Assembly: GCA_963836755.1 (NCBI GenBank) | Contig: CAWIKF010000002.1 | Span: forward strand, 2,176,001 to 2,240,000 | Direction of reading: 5' to 3' | DNA length: 64,000 nt | Source: an uncultured Verrucomicrobiae bacterium | GTDB lineage: Bacteria; Verrucomicrobiota; Verrucomicrobiia; Chthoniobacterales; Chthoniobacteraceae | In this document: piece by piece, positions 48,756 through 57,493 of the stretch | How the letters are laid out: each line of letters starts with the position of its first letter | Position numbering within the stretch: position 1 is the first letter of the stretch | Notes under the pieces: model-generated | Databases searched by the model: none | What the model saw: the letters and a program-made list of their open reading frames with translations, nothing else | Told to the model about the DNA's origin: nothing | Made by a program: the position numbers and the translations under genes

Positions 48756-51700
48756 AACAGCCAATCCACACCCAACGCGGCTTTGCGCTCGTGGTAGCGC
48801 TCATCATTCTCTCGCTGCTCGCGATCATCACCGCCGCCTTTCTTTCCAGCATGAGCATGGAGCGAAAAACGGCGCGCGCCTTTGGCAATTCCGCCCGGGC
48901 CGAACTCGCCGCGCAGGCTGCGGTCGCGCAAGGCATCGAGACTTTGAAGACACAGTTCCAGACGCATCCCGACTCAGCGACCACTTGGGAAACGCTCGCA
49001 GTCGGCTCCGGGGCAAGCTCCGGCACGGTCGATGGGACGGTGCTTTACTATCGCGATCATCCGAACGGCGCGGCGATCAATTCGGCCAGCGATACCATCT
49101 CCGTCCTGCCGTTGATGTCCGGTGCCAGCGTGCAGGATGTCGCGGCGAAAAGCAGCGCGGTCACCGTTCCATATTCGGCGAAAAGTTACACCGACGCCGA
49201 CAATACCTACGACCTCAATCACGCGCGCACCGCCGGCGACGCCGCCGGCTGGATTGGCTCGCCCGTCCCGCTTGGCAGCACGCCGAAAACGTTTCGCGTC
49301 CCGTGGGTCGAGATCAAGGACCCGACCGTCACGACGAACGCGAAGGTGATCTCCCGCTACGCCTTTTGGATCGAGGACGAAAGTTTCAAGGTCAACTTTA
49401 ACCTCGCCGGCAAAGTTGTCCGCGGCGCAGCCACCGTCGGCACCGGTCCTTCGCAAATCCCGATGCAAGGCGTCTTCCAGATCGCGATGAACGGCTCCAA
49501 TTACGACCAGCTCGCGAGCAGCGTCTTCGATCTGCGCAACCTTTTCTCCACCAAGTCGCTCCTCGAATACCGCGCGCTCAACCAGATCGACGGCCAGCCG
49601 ACGCTCGCCGACAGCAACAAATTCTACGGCACCATTTTCTCCGGCGGCCTCAACATATCCCGCACCGGCGCGAAGCGGCTCAACCTGAACGCCGTCGTCA
49701 AGGATTCCACCGACGCCACCACCATCCGCAAGCAGCTCGACCAAATTATTTACGCCATCAACTCCCAGCTCCCGAATTTCGGCCAGCGCTTCTACCGCAA
49801 CGGGACCGACCTCAACGCCCTCGACGTCTCCGGCACCGCGCCCGGCCCGGCCAGCGACCAGATGACCGACGTCTATCTTCAGAAAATCGCCTGCAACATC
49901 CGCGATTACATCGACACCGACAGCCAGCCGACCATCGTTAACAACGACGCCGCCAAAACCGTCCTCATCGGCACCAAGCCGACCGACGCCTACCTGACCC
50001 CGGCCCACACCAACACCGGCGCGAATGCCATTCTCGCCATCGGCAAGGAACGCGTCCCGATGCTGGATGAATACGCCTTCCTGGTCTATTCGATCTCGCC
50101 ATTCAGCAATCTAACCTCCAGCGCCACCAACAAGTCCTCCACCTTCAACGTCGGGATGGACCACTACTTCGAGTTTTGGAACATGACCGGCAAGGACATC
50201 AATGTCTCCGACCTCGGGCCAAATCCGTTTTTGAAATTGCTCAATCAGCCCGACTGGGACCTCACCACCCGCGCCTCCGGCAACGCCACCACCGGCGTCC
50301 CACCCGCCAATCGCACCTCCCAGCCCGACATCAATCCCAAGGACTCCATTCCGAACGATGCCAAGCGCGACATCGAAATTCCGCTCAGCGAGTTTCCAAA
50401 TCTCGTCTTCAAAGCCGGCAAGCCCACCGTCCTCACCACGCATCCGACCTCCGACGAGCCACCGGGCTTCCTGCCAAACGCCAGCCTCGTCTTTCGCTGG
50501 ACACCCGCCAGTGGACGGCAATCCTACGCCGACTACCATCGCATCTACAGCGGCGTCACCATCTCGGCCAATTCCAGCAAGCAATTCCGCCTCCTGATGA
50601 ACGCCCGCAATTCCGGCCTCACCGACGCCGATTCGCGCTGCTTCATCGGCAACGACTACGGCGTCCTCGAAAATGACCCGAGCCTCCCGATCATCCGCAG
50701 CTCGGGCAACCAGGACATCTCCTATCAAGATGTCACCGTCTTCCGCGGCGGCTCCCTTTGCGGCACCAACGCCACCCCCTCCCAATACGGCGATCCGCGC
50801 ACGAACCAGGAGCAGTTGAACATCTGCACCTACGACACCGCCCTCAACTTTGACGCCACACGCTACTTCACCTCGGGCCTCGACAGCAGCGTCCCCGGTA
50901 ACAGCTCCCTCACCGAGATCGACTCCGCACCGCCGGGGAACTTCGTCAGCTTCTCCAAATGGAGCGACCCGTGGCCGAACCCCGCGAGCCCTTACACCAG
51001 CGACGCCACGCATGCGCCCTCCGTCCAGGCCAATGCTCCCCTCACCTCCATCGGCCAGCTCGGCGACATCTTCGATCCCGCGCGCAAAATCAACACCTCC
51101 AGCAGCGGCTCCGGCGACATCACCTACAGCCGCGGCGGCGGGCGCACTTTCAAAATCGGCCAGCCCGACGGCTACGACGCCACCAACAACACCGGCGGCC
51201 TCTGGGACGGCAAATCAAAATCCGCCAGCCGCGATTGGACCGCGTGGCGGCTCGCCGATATTTTCAGCATCAATGACGACACCACCACCCCCGGCCTCAT
51301 CAACATCAACGGCGTCCGGCGCGACGGCGGCGCCGCTTTGAAGGCCGCGCTCTACGGGCTGATCTTTGCCGCCGATTCCGACCCGCAGCTCGCGGGTCAA
51401 ACTTTCTACGACGCCACCACCACCGCGCCGATCGCCGCCCTCGTCCAGCAGCTCACCGACCGGCTCAACAACGCCAGCACTTTCACCAACACCGTCGGGC
51501 CATTCGCCGAACGCGGCGAATTTTCCGAGATGCCCATCTTCGACAAGGGCACCAGCCTTTACACCGGCGCAAACATGACAAACGTCAACGACCGCGGCCG
51601 CGAGGAACTTTTCCGCCGTCTCGTCGAGATGACCACCACGCGCGGCAACATTTTCTCCATCTACGCCGTCGGCCAGGCCATTACGCAGAGCGCCACCGGC

Positions 51701-51868
51701 GCGAAAATCGTCACCAGCACCAACCAGACGAAGGTCACCTTCGAGATCGACCCCGTCTGGAACACGCCGCCGCCCACCACCTTTGACCCGACTGATGCCA
51801 ACGCAGCCAAAACCCGATTCAAGACACCCGACCATTATGCCATCAAAATTCTTCAGGTTAGCAATTAG
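48752..51868 (+). CDS. Verru_Chthon cassette protein A-like (PilX/GspK-type, large)
   Basis: RGFALVVAL, RYAFWIEDESFKVN, GLININ, TTRGNIFSIY. Confidence 0.8.
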   Translation: MKQPIHTQRGFALVVALIILSLLAIITAAFLSSMSMERKTARAFGNSARAELAAQAAVAQGIETLKTQFQTHPDSATTWETLAVGSGASSGTVDGTVLYYRDHPNGAAINSASDTISVLPLMSGASVQDVAAKSSAVTVPYSAKSYTDADNTYDLNHARTAGDAAGWIGSPVPLGSTPKTFRVPWVEIKDPTVTTNAKVISRYAFWIEDESFKVNFNLAGKVVRGAATVGTGPSQIPMQGVFQIAMNGSNYDQLASSVFDLRNLFSTKSLLEYRALNQIDGQPTLADSNKFYGTIFSGGLNISRTGAKRLNLNAVVKDSTDATTIRKQLDQIIYAINSQLPNFGQRFYRNGTDLNALDVSGTAPGPASDQMTDVYLQKIACNIRDYIDTDSQPTIVNNDAAKTVLIGTKPTDAYLTPAHTNTGANAILAIGKERVPMLDEYAFLVYSISPFSNLTSSATNKSSTFNVGMDHYFEFWNMTGKDINVSDLGPNPFLKLLNQPDWDLTTRASGNATTGVPPANRTSQPDINPKDSIPNDAKRDIEIPLSEFPNLVFKAGKPTVLTTHPTSDEPPGFLPNASLVFRWTPASGRQSYADYHRIYSGVTISANSSKQFRLLMNARNSGLTDADSRCFIGNDYGVLENDPSLPIIRSSGNQDISYQDVTVFRGGSLCGTNATPSQYGDPRTNQEQLNICTYDTALNFDATRYFTSGLDSSVPGNSSLTEIDSAPPGNFVSFSKWSDPWPNPASPYTSDATHAPSVQANAPLTSIGQLGDIFDPARKINTSSSGSGDITYSRGGGRTFKIGQPDGYDATNNTGGLWDGKSKSASRDWTAWRLADIFSINDDTTTPGLININGVRRDGGAALKAALYGLIFAADSDPQLAGQTFYDATTTAPIAALVQQLTDRLNNASTFTNTVGPFAERGEFSEMPIFDKGTSLYTGANMTNVNDRGREELFRRLVEMTTTRGNIFSIYAVGQAITQSATGAKIVTSTNQTKVTFEIDPVWNTPPPTTFDPTDANAAKTRFKTPDHYAIKILQVSN

Positions 51869-52598
51869 CCTCCTCTTCGCCCCGCTCCTCCACGCGCAGA
51901 CTCCCGCGCCCAGCGAATCCGCCGCCTCCGTAAGCCCGGCCGCCGCATCGCCCGCCGCCTCCGCCGCCGCATCGCCGGGCGGCACGCCCGAAAAGCACGC
52001 CTACGTCCGCTTTTGGAACATGTCCCCGGCGAAAGGCCCCGAGCTAGACCTTTCCGACTCGCCAAATCCCGACGACAAACCGCTCTTCTCCCAGCGCATC
52101 CCGTGGAGCGCCGGCCCCTACGTCCCGATCAAGATCGGCAAATACCCGTTCATCCTTTATAAAACAGGCGACCACAAGCAGCCGATCCAATCCATCAGCG
52201 TCATCCTGCGCGAAAACGTCTTCGTCACCTTCCTCGCCACCGACGACCAGGGCCGCCCGAAAATCGAGCTCATCGACGACACCTACGATCCCGCTGCGGT
52301 CAACGGCGGGCAGGTCGTCGTCCGCAATTACTTCCCCGGCGCCTCCGTCGATCTTCACGGGCCGAAGAAAAAAGTCCTCTTCACCGGCGTCGCCACCGGG
52401 CAGGCGCAGCACACGGACGATTTTCCTTTGAAAAAGCAGCAGATCGTCCTGCACACCGTCCTCAATGGCAACACGCCCGCCGACGCCGGGATGGAGGTGA
52501 ATTTCAAGCGCACCCCGCACGTCACCGTCCTGATTTTCCCGGACACCTACGGCTACTTTCACCCCACGCTGCAGGTGGACGGCATCGCGCCGGATTAG
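51837..52598 (+). CDS. Secreted hypothetical protein at the end of the cassette
   Basis: Signal peptide, A/S/P linker, two beta-rich halves (YVRFWN, VVVRNYF). Confidence 0.7.
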   Translation: MPSKFFRLAISLLFAPLLHAQTPAPSESAASVSPAAASPAASAAASPGGTPEKHAYVRFWNMSPAKGPELDLSDSPNPDDKPLFSQRIPWSAGPYVPIKIGKYPFILYKTGDHKQPIQSISVILRENVFVTFLATDDQGRPKIELIDDTYDPAAVNGGQVVVRNYFPGASVDLHGPKKKVLFTGVATGQAQHTDDFPLKKQQIVLHTVLNGNTPADAGMEVNFKRTPHVTVLIFPDTYGYFHPTLQVDGIAPD

Positions 52599-52649
52599 GC
52601 GTCCCGCAGGAATCTCGAGCCGGAGCGGTTATGGAAAATTTCGTCGCAT

Positions 52650-52681
52650 TGTGACGAAATCTTAACACTAAACCTTTTGCC
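52650..52681 (+). repeat. 32-bp direct repeat, copy 1
   Basis: TGTGACGAAATCTTAACACTAAACCTTTTGCC; 30/32 identical to 53911-53942. Confidence 0.9.
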
Positions 52682-52727
52682 ATCGTCGGCGCGGGGCAAT
52701 AGGCACAGAGGCGGAATGAAGGAAGCG

Positions 52728-52937
52728 CCACCCCCAAGCGCCAGCGGATTATCCCGAAGCGGCATCGGAAAACTCCGAAGCACGGTCGCATCATCCCGAA
52801 GCACCGTCGGGTTGTTCCCTCCAACGGTCACACCGTTCCCTCCAACGCCCGCACCGCTCCTTCCAACGGCGGCACCGTTCCTTCCAACGGCGGCACCGTT
52901 CCCTCCAACGGTGCAACGGTTCCCCGTGCGGACCGGA
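52728..52937. repeat. Degenerate 21-nt tandem array (~10 units)
   Basis: TTATCCCGAAGCGGCATCGGA ... CCGTTCCTTCCAACGGCGGCA units in 21-nt register; lies within ORF 52716-53030. Confidence 0.9.
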
Positions 52938-53026
52938 GTGCCGAACCAGGCCGAAAGCCCATTTTTCACGAAAAGCACCCGCTTTTCACCCAGCAAAACC
53001 ACGAAACGAACAAGAAAGACAAAAAA

Positions 53027-53692
53027 ATGAGCGATTACATACCGAGGCCGGATGACCAATACGGCGAATTCAGCGAGAACCTCCACACGAAAACCTCCGG
53101 CGCGCCCGCCTCCTTCGGGCTCTCCGCGGCCGATGTGACCAACGAAACCGCCGCACATACGGCGTGGGATACCGCCTACAGCGCCCACGTCAGTGCGCAA
53201 ACCTCTGCTGCGACAGCGCAGCAGACCAAGGACACAGCGCGCGGCGTGCTCGAAACCATCCAGCGCGCCCTCGTGGGCCAAATCCAGAAACGGCCCGCCA
53301 CCACCGATGCGCAGCGCACCGACTTGCGCATCACCGTTCCCGACAACACCCCGACCGCCCCGATCAATTCGATCGACACGTGGCCGGTGGCGACCGTCGA
53401 CACCTCCACCTCGCTGCGCCACCGTCTCGATTTTCGCGACAGCGGCACGCCAAACAGCCGAGCGAAGCCCGATGGCGTCATGCTCTGCGAGATCTGGGAA
53501 TACATCGGCGACACCGCCCCGGTGGATGAAAACGCCTACGTTTTCCTCGCCAGCGAGACGAAAACGCCGCATCGCAACGACTTCCCGGCGGCCGATGCGC
53601 GGAAGACGGCGTTTTACCGGCTGCGGTGGAAATTGAAGAGCGGCAATTACGGGCCGTGGAGCCACGTCGTCAGCGCGACGATCCCCGCCTAA
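53027..53692 (+). CDS. Helical N-domain + FN3/Ig-like protein, no signal peptide
   Basis: MSDYIPRPD, TKDTARGVLETIQRALVGQIQ, FYRLRW...YGPWSHVVS. Confidence 0.78.
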   Translation: MSDYIPRPDDQYGEFSENLHTKTSGAPASFGLSAADVTNETAAHTAWDTAYSAHVSAQTSAATAQQTKDTARGVLETIQRALVGQIQKRPATTDAQRTDLRITVPDNTPTAPINSIDTWPVATVDTSTSLRHRLDFRDSGTPNSRAKPDGVMLCEIWEYIGDTAPVDENAYVFLASETKTPHRNDFPAADARKTAFYRLRWKLKSGNYGPWSHVVSATIPA

Positions 53693-53760
53693 GCCGGGCC
53701 GCAGCGCCGCCGAAAACGCTGATAAACAAGTTTATTGTTTAAACAGCAGAAACCTCAACC

Positions 53761-53800
53761 GAAACAGGCCGGGAGCACCATCCCGGCCTGTTTCATTTTC
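53761..53800 (+). terminator. Intrinsic terminator-like hairpin
   Basis: Perfect 14-bp stem GAAACAGGCCGGGA/TCCCGGCCTGTTTC followed by ATTTTC. Confidence 0.8.
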
Positions 53801-53910
53801 TGCCGAAAGTGACGAGAAAAGCCCTCTCCAAAAGTTTTACAAGCGCTGATGAAAATCCTCGAAAGCTGATAAACAAAGGCTTTGCGGGTCATTATGGTGG
53901 TAAAAAGTTA

Positions 53911-53942
53911 TGTTACGAAATCTTAACACTAAACATTTTGCC
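53911..53942 (+). repeat. 32-bp direct repeat, copy 2 / probable promoter element
   Basis: TGTTACGAAATCTTAACACTAAACATTTTGCC; TTGCCT-N17-TATTTG follows. Confidence 0.9.
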
Positions 53943-54072
53943 TATCTGTTGAACCACCCCTATTTGTAGCGCGCCGAAAGGCACCAGAAACGCAAAAAGA
54001 TTTAATCAGAACAAAGTTAGCAAACCAAACTCAGCTCCAAAAACCACCGTCAGCCTTAACTCAACACCAAAA

Positions 54073-57000
54073 ATGAAAACCAAAAACCTCAACAAACTCG
54101 CCGTCGCCGTAGCAGCGGTCCTCGGAATCAATCCTGCCGGAGCGCAGGCAGCAGCAACGGATCAATACTGGAAAATCGACGGCACCACCGGCACATGGAC
54201 CGGGCCCAACTGGGGAACGTCCGCTCTCGGACCTTTCTCCACCGCTTGGACAAGCGCAAACAATGCGGACTTCACCGCCAGTTCCACGCTCACCTTCGCT
54301 ACCACGACCATTGGCAACGTCACCGTTGCCGATGGAGCTACGGTGACTGTTACTGCAGGAGGAACGCTGACACTGAATACAGCCACGCCGAGCATCTTCA
54401 ATATCGGAACGAATTCCACATTAACTTGGACGTCTCAAAACGTCACGGCGAACAGCACCGGTGGCTACACCAAGAGCGGCGCTGGAATTTTAAACCTAGG
54501 TGCATTGACCTACACGACGAATATGACCGGTGGCGTCACGCTGAATGCCGGAACCTTGGTCGTGTCTGGAGACAAGGCGCTCGGCAATGGAGCCTTGAAT
54601 CTCAATGGCGGAACACTTCAATCGTCTGGCACCCGCTCATTCGCCCCGACCTCCATTTCCTTCGGCGGCGACTTTGGCTTGTCTGGCACTGGAAATGCCA
54701 CTTTCGCGGCGACCGTGGGACTTGGGGCTTCCACCCGAACTATTACCAACGCCACCACGAGCGGCAGCCGGATCTTTTCCGGCCTTATCTCGGGCGGAGC
54801 GGGAGCAGGACTGACGTTTATTGGCAGCGGGGCGGGGCAGATTTACATTGGCAACGCATCGAATTCATTCAGCGGCCCGATCAGCATCACGGGTGGCGAA
54901 GTCGGTTTCGCCAGCGATGGCGCTCTCGGCACCGGGACATCGATCACGGTTGACGGAGGACGGCTGACATCCTCCTCCACCGCTGGCAACGCCGTCACTT
55001 CGACGTGGAGTGCCAGCCGAAACATCATGGTAGGCTCCGCAGCAGGAACGAGCATCAGTGTTCAAAGCGGCACCGGTGATCTCACCTACAACGGTGTCAT
55101 CTCCGACGTCACTGGAGAAACCGGCGCGTGGGCAAAGCAGGGCGGTGGTATTTTGCGCCTCGGTGGCCAGAGCACTTACTCCGGCAGCACGAGTATCAAT
55201 AACGGCATTGTGCAGATCACCACTGGTAATGATCGCCTGCCGACAGGCACGGTGGTCAACATCGGCCAGGCTGCAAGCTCGAACGTCGGCACGTTCGACC
55301 TGAATGGCAACAACCAGACGATCGCGGGCTTGGTTTCCACAACCGGCACGAATGCAGCCGCGGTTTCGAACACCGTCACGACATCGACCACTCCTGCAAC
55401 GCTCACCATTAATACTGCTGGAAGCAACAGCTATGCTTTCAGCGATGGCACTGCGGCAACCTCCGGTATCATCACCGGCGGGATCTCGCTGGTGAAAAAC
55501 GGCACGGGCACGCAGAGCTTGGGCGGCGTGAACACCTACACCGGCACGACCAGCATCAATAACGGCAAACTCCGCTTGACCGGCTCGCTGACGAGCGCGG
55601 TGACGGTGGGCAACAACACCGCCGCCGCCGCCATCTTCTCGGGCACGGGCACGACCACGGGCTTGGTGACGACTTCGACCATTGGATCGAACGTTGCCTA
55701 CCTCGCTCCGGGCGTGAACGTCAGCGGCACCCGCACCGACTTCGGCACTGCCGGAGCGCTCCACTTCAATAACGGCCTGACCATTGGCGACGGAACACAG
55801 CTTGACTACGACTTCGGCGCAAACACGGCCGCCAGTGACTCGATCGCAATGGCTGGCGCGCTGACCTTGGGCAACAACGTTGTCCTCAACGTTAATGATC
55901 TCGGCATCGTCACCGGCACCGGCTACACGCTGATCAGCGGCGCGACCGGCCTGACCGGCGGCGGGAATCTGGGCACCTGGTCGGCCGTTGGCGCACCGGG
56001 CGGCAGCACCGCGGCGTTCACGCTGTCCGGCAACGACGTTGTCGTGACATTCAACGGCGGTGCACCCACGACCACGGCGACGACCTACTCGCTGGCAGCG
56101 GTGGCATCGAACAACAATGTTCTTGTTAACAAAACGACCGCGGTCAACAGCACGATCACTAACACCGGCAACGGCACGGCTGATACGCTGAGCTACACCG
56201 GCTTGAACGCAAGCGCGACCGGCGGCACGATCACCGGGTCTACGAAGGACGGCGGTCCGCTGGCTCAAGGCGCGAACGACACCAACACCGGGTTGACCTA
56301 CAACGCAGGCGCCACCAGCGGCACCTACTCGATCACCCCGACGGTGGCTTCCACGACCAATGGCACCCTCGGCGGCAGCGCGAGCAGCAGCGGCACGGCA
56401 CCTCAAGCGGTGACGGTGTTTGACGCAGCGGCGCTCAGCGGCAGCGGACTCAACGTAGCCAACGCGGCGGGAAGCTTCCGCGCCTCGGCGTCGGTGACTT
56501 CCGAGAGCTTGAGCGGCCAGACGGGCTTCACCGCCACCAACCTTAACGGCACGAAGATTGACGCCGGCAGCAGTGTCGCTGCAGCGACCTTCGACAGCAC
56601 CGGCAAACTCAACGGCACTTATCACACCACCGCCACTATCGGCTTCAATGACCTGACCAGCGGCAGCGCAGCTATCGCAGGTGGCACGGGTGACAGCGCC
56701 AATAATGTGGTGCTCTCGGCGAGCGTCTCCGGCAAGAACAACACCGGCGGCGCCACGGTGCTCGCGGGTCAAAGCTACACGGGCTACGGCTTGGGCAGCA
56801 CGTTTACCGTCGGCACCACCGCGACGCTCCTCGACGGCAAGGCCGGCACGGGCAACACCGGCGGAACTTCCGATGGCGCAGACCACACCGTCAACATGGC
56901 CTTCTCCGACGTGGGCGCCCACGCGAACAATGTCAACAAGCTGAGCGATGTGCTCACCTTGACGGGCACCAACACCGACAAGTTTGTCCTGCAACTCACC

Positions 57001-57342
57001 TACACCGGCACACCGGCCCAAGGCACTCCGTTCCTCGCCTACTACAGCGCGACCTACGGCGGCTATGTCAACGCGATTGCCGGCAACAGCGCCGGGAACA
57101 CGACGCCATTCGGTGGAACCAACTACGGAGAAATCCTGGGCGCTTATGACCCGGCCAGCGAGTTTATCCTCGGCGACTACGGGTTTGATTCCGTCAACCA
57201 CACCGCATGGGCAGTGCTCGACCACAACAGCGACTACGAAGTCATCCCCGAGTCCAGCACTTGGGCATCACTCGCAGCGGGCCTTGGCACACTCATGGTC
57301 TGGCAGCGCGGCCGCCGCCGGCGGACGGCTCGCGTGAGCTAA
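54073..57342 (+). CDS. Large surface protein with autotransporter-associated beta-strand repeats and PEP-CTERM-like sorting signal
   Basis: Signal peptide; KxGxGxxxLxGxNTYTG repeats; C-terminal VIPESST-TM-RRRR. Confidence 0.88.
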   Translation: MKTKNLNKLAVAVAAVLGINPAGAQAAATDQYWKIDGTTGTWTGPNWGTSALGPFSTAWTSANNADFTASSTLTFATTTIGNVTVADGATVTVTAGGTLTLNTATPSIFNIGTNSTLTWTSQNVTANSTGGYTKSGAGILNLGALTYTTNMTGGVTLNAGTLVVSGDKALGNGALNLNGGTLQSSGTRSFAPTSISFGGDFGLSGTGNATFAATVGLGASTRTITNATTSGSRIFSGLISGGAGAGLTFIGSGAGQIYIGNASNSFSGPISITGGEVGFASDGALGTGTSITVDGGRLTSSSTAGNAVTSTWSASRNIMVGSAAGTSISVQSGTGDLTYNGVISDVTGETGAWAKQGGGILRLGGQSTYSGSTSINNGIVQITTGNDRLPTGTVVNIGQAASSNVGTFDLNGNNQTIAGLVSTTGTNAAAVSNTVTTSTTPATLTINTAGSNSYAFSDGTAATSGIITGGISLVKNGTGTQSLGGVNTYTGTTSINNGKLRLTGSLTSAVTVGNNTAAAAIFSGTGTTTGLVTTSTIGSNVAYLAPGVNVSGTRTDFGTAGALHFNNGLTIGDGTQLDYDFGANTAASDSIAMAGALTLGNNVVLNVNDLGIVTGTGYTLISGATGLTGGGNLGTWSAVGAPGGSTAAFTLSGNDVVVTFNGGAPTTTATTYSLAAVASNNNVLVNKTTAVNSTITNTGNGTADTLSYTGLNASATGGTITGSTKDGGPLAQGANDTNTGLTYNAGATSGTYSITPTVASTTNGTLGGSASSSGTAPQAVTVFDAAALSGSGLNVANAAGSFRASASVTSESLSGQTGFTATNLNGTKIDAGSSVAAATFDSTGKLNGTYHTTATIGFNDLTSGSAAIAGGTGDSANNVVLSASVSGKNNTGGATVLAGQSYTGYGLGSTFTVGTTATLLDGKAGTGNTGGTSDGADHTVNMAFSDVGAHANNVNKLSDVLTLTGTNTDKFVLQLTYTGTPAQGTPFLAYYSATYGGYVNAIAGNSAGNTTPFGGTNYGEILGAYDPASEFILGDYGFDSVNHTAWAVLDHNSDYEVIPESSTWASLAAGLGTLMVWQRGRRRRTARVS

Positions 57343-57371
57343 GCGAAAGCAATCTGGGCATTAAAGGGAAA

Positions 57372-57402
57372 AAGGGCGACGGCTGGAGGAGCCGTCGCCC
57401 TT
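57372..57402 (+). terminator. GC-rich hairpin after the first PEP-CTERM-like gene
   Basis: AAGGGCGACGGCT-ggagg-AGCCGTCGCCCTT. Confidence 0.65.
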
Positions 57403-57432
57403 AAGCCCGAGATGGGGGAGACCCCTAAGAAG

Positions 57433-57472
57433 TTCACCTACTTTTAACATTTCCTCCACACGATCGTAACAA
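57433..57472 (+). promoter_or_regulatory. Four 11-bp-phased boxes (OmpR/PhoB-type)
   Basis: TTCACCT, TTAACAT, TCCACAC, GTAACAA. Confidence 0.55.
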
Positions 57473-57493
57473 TCGGGCAGCAGGTTGCGCCCC

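Noticed and set aside
48974..51985. Several long minus-strand ORFs over cassette protein A
   Set aside because: Expected shadow frames given the strong third-position C bias on the plus strand.
33476..52937. 21-nt arrays as CRISPR arrays
   Set aside because: No identical repeats separated by unique spacers, the period is too short, and there are no cas genes in the window.
54865..57225. 786-aa minus-strand ORF
   Set aside because: Antisense shadow of the T/G/A/N-rich surface protein; no recognisable motifs.
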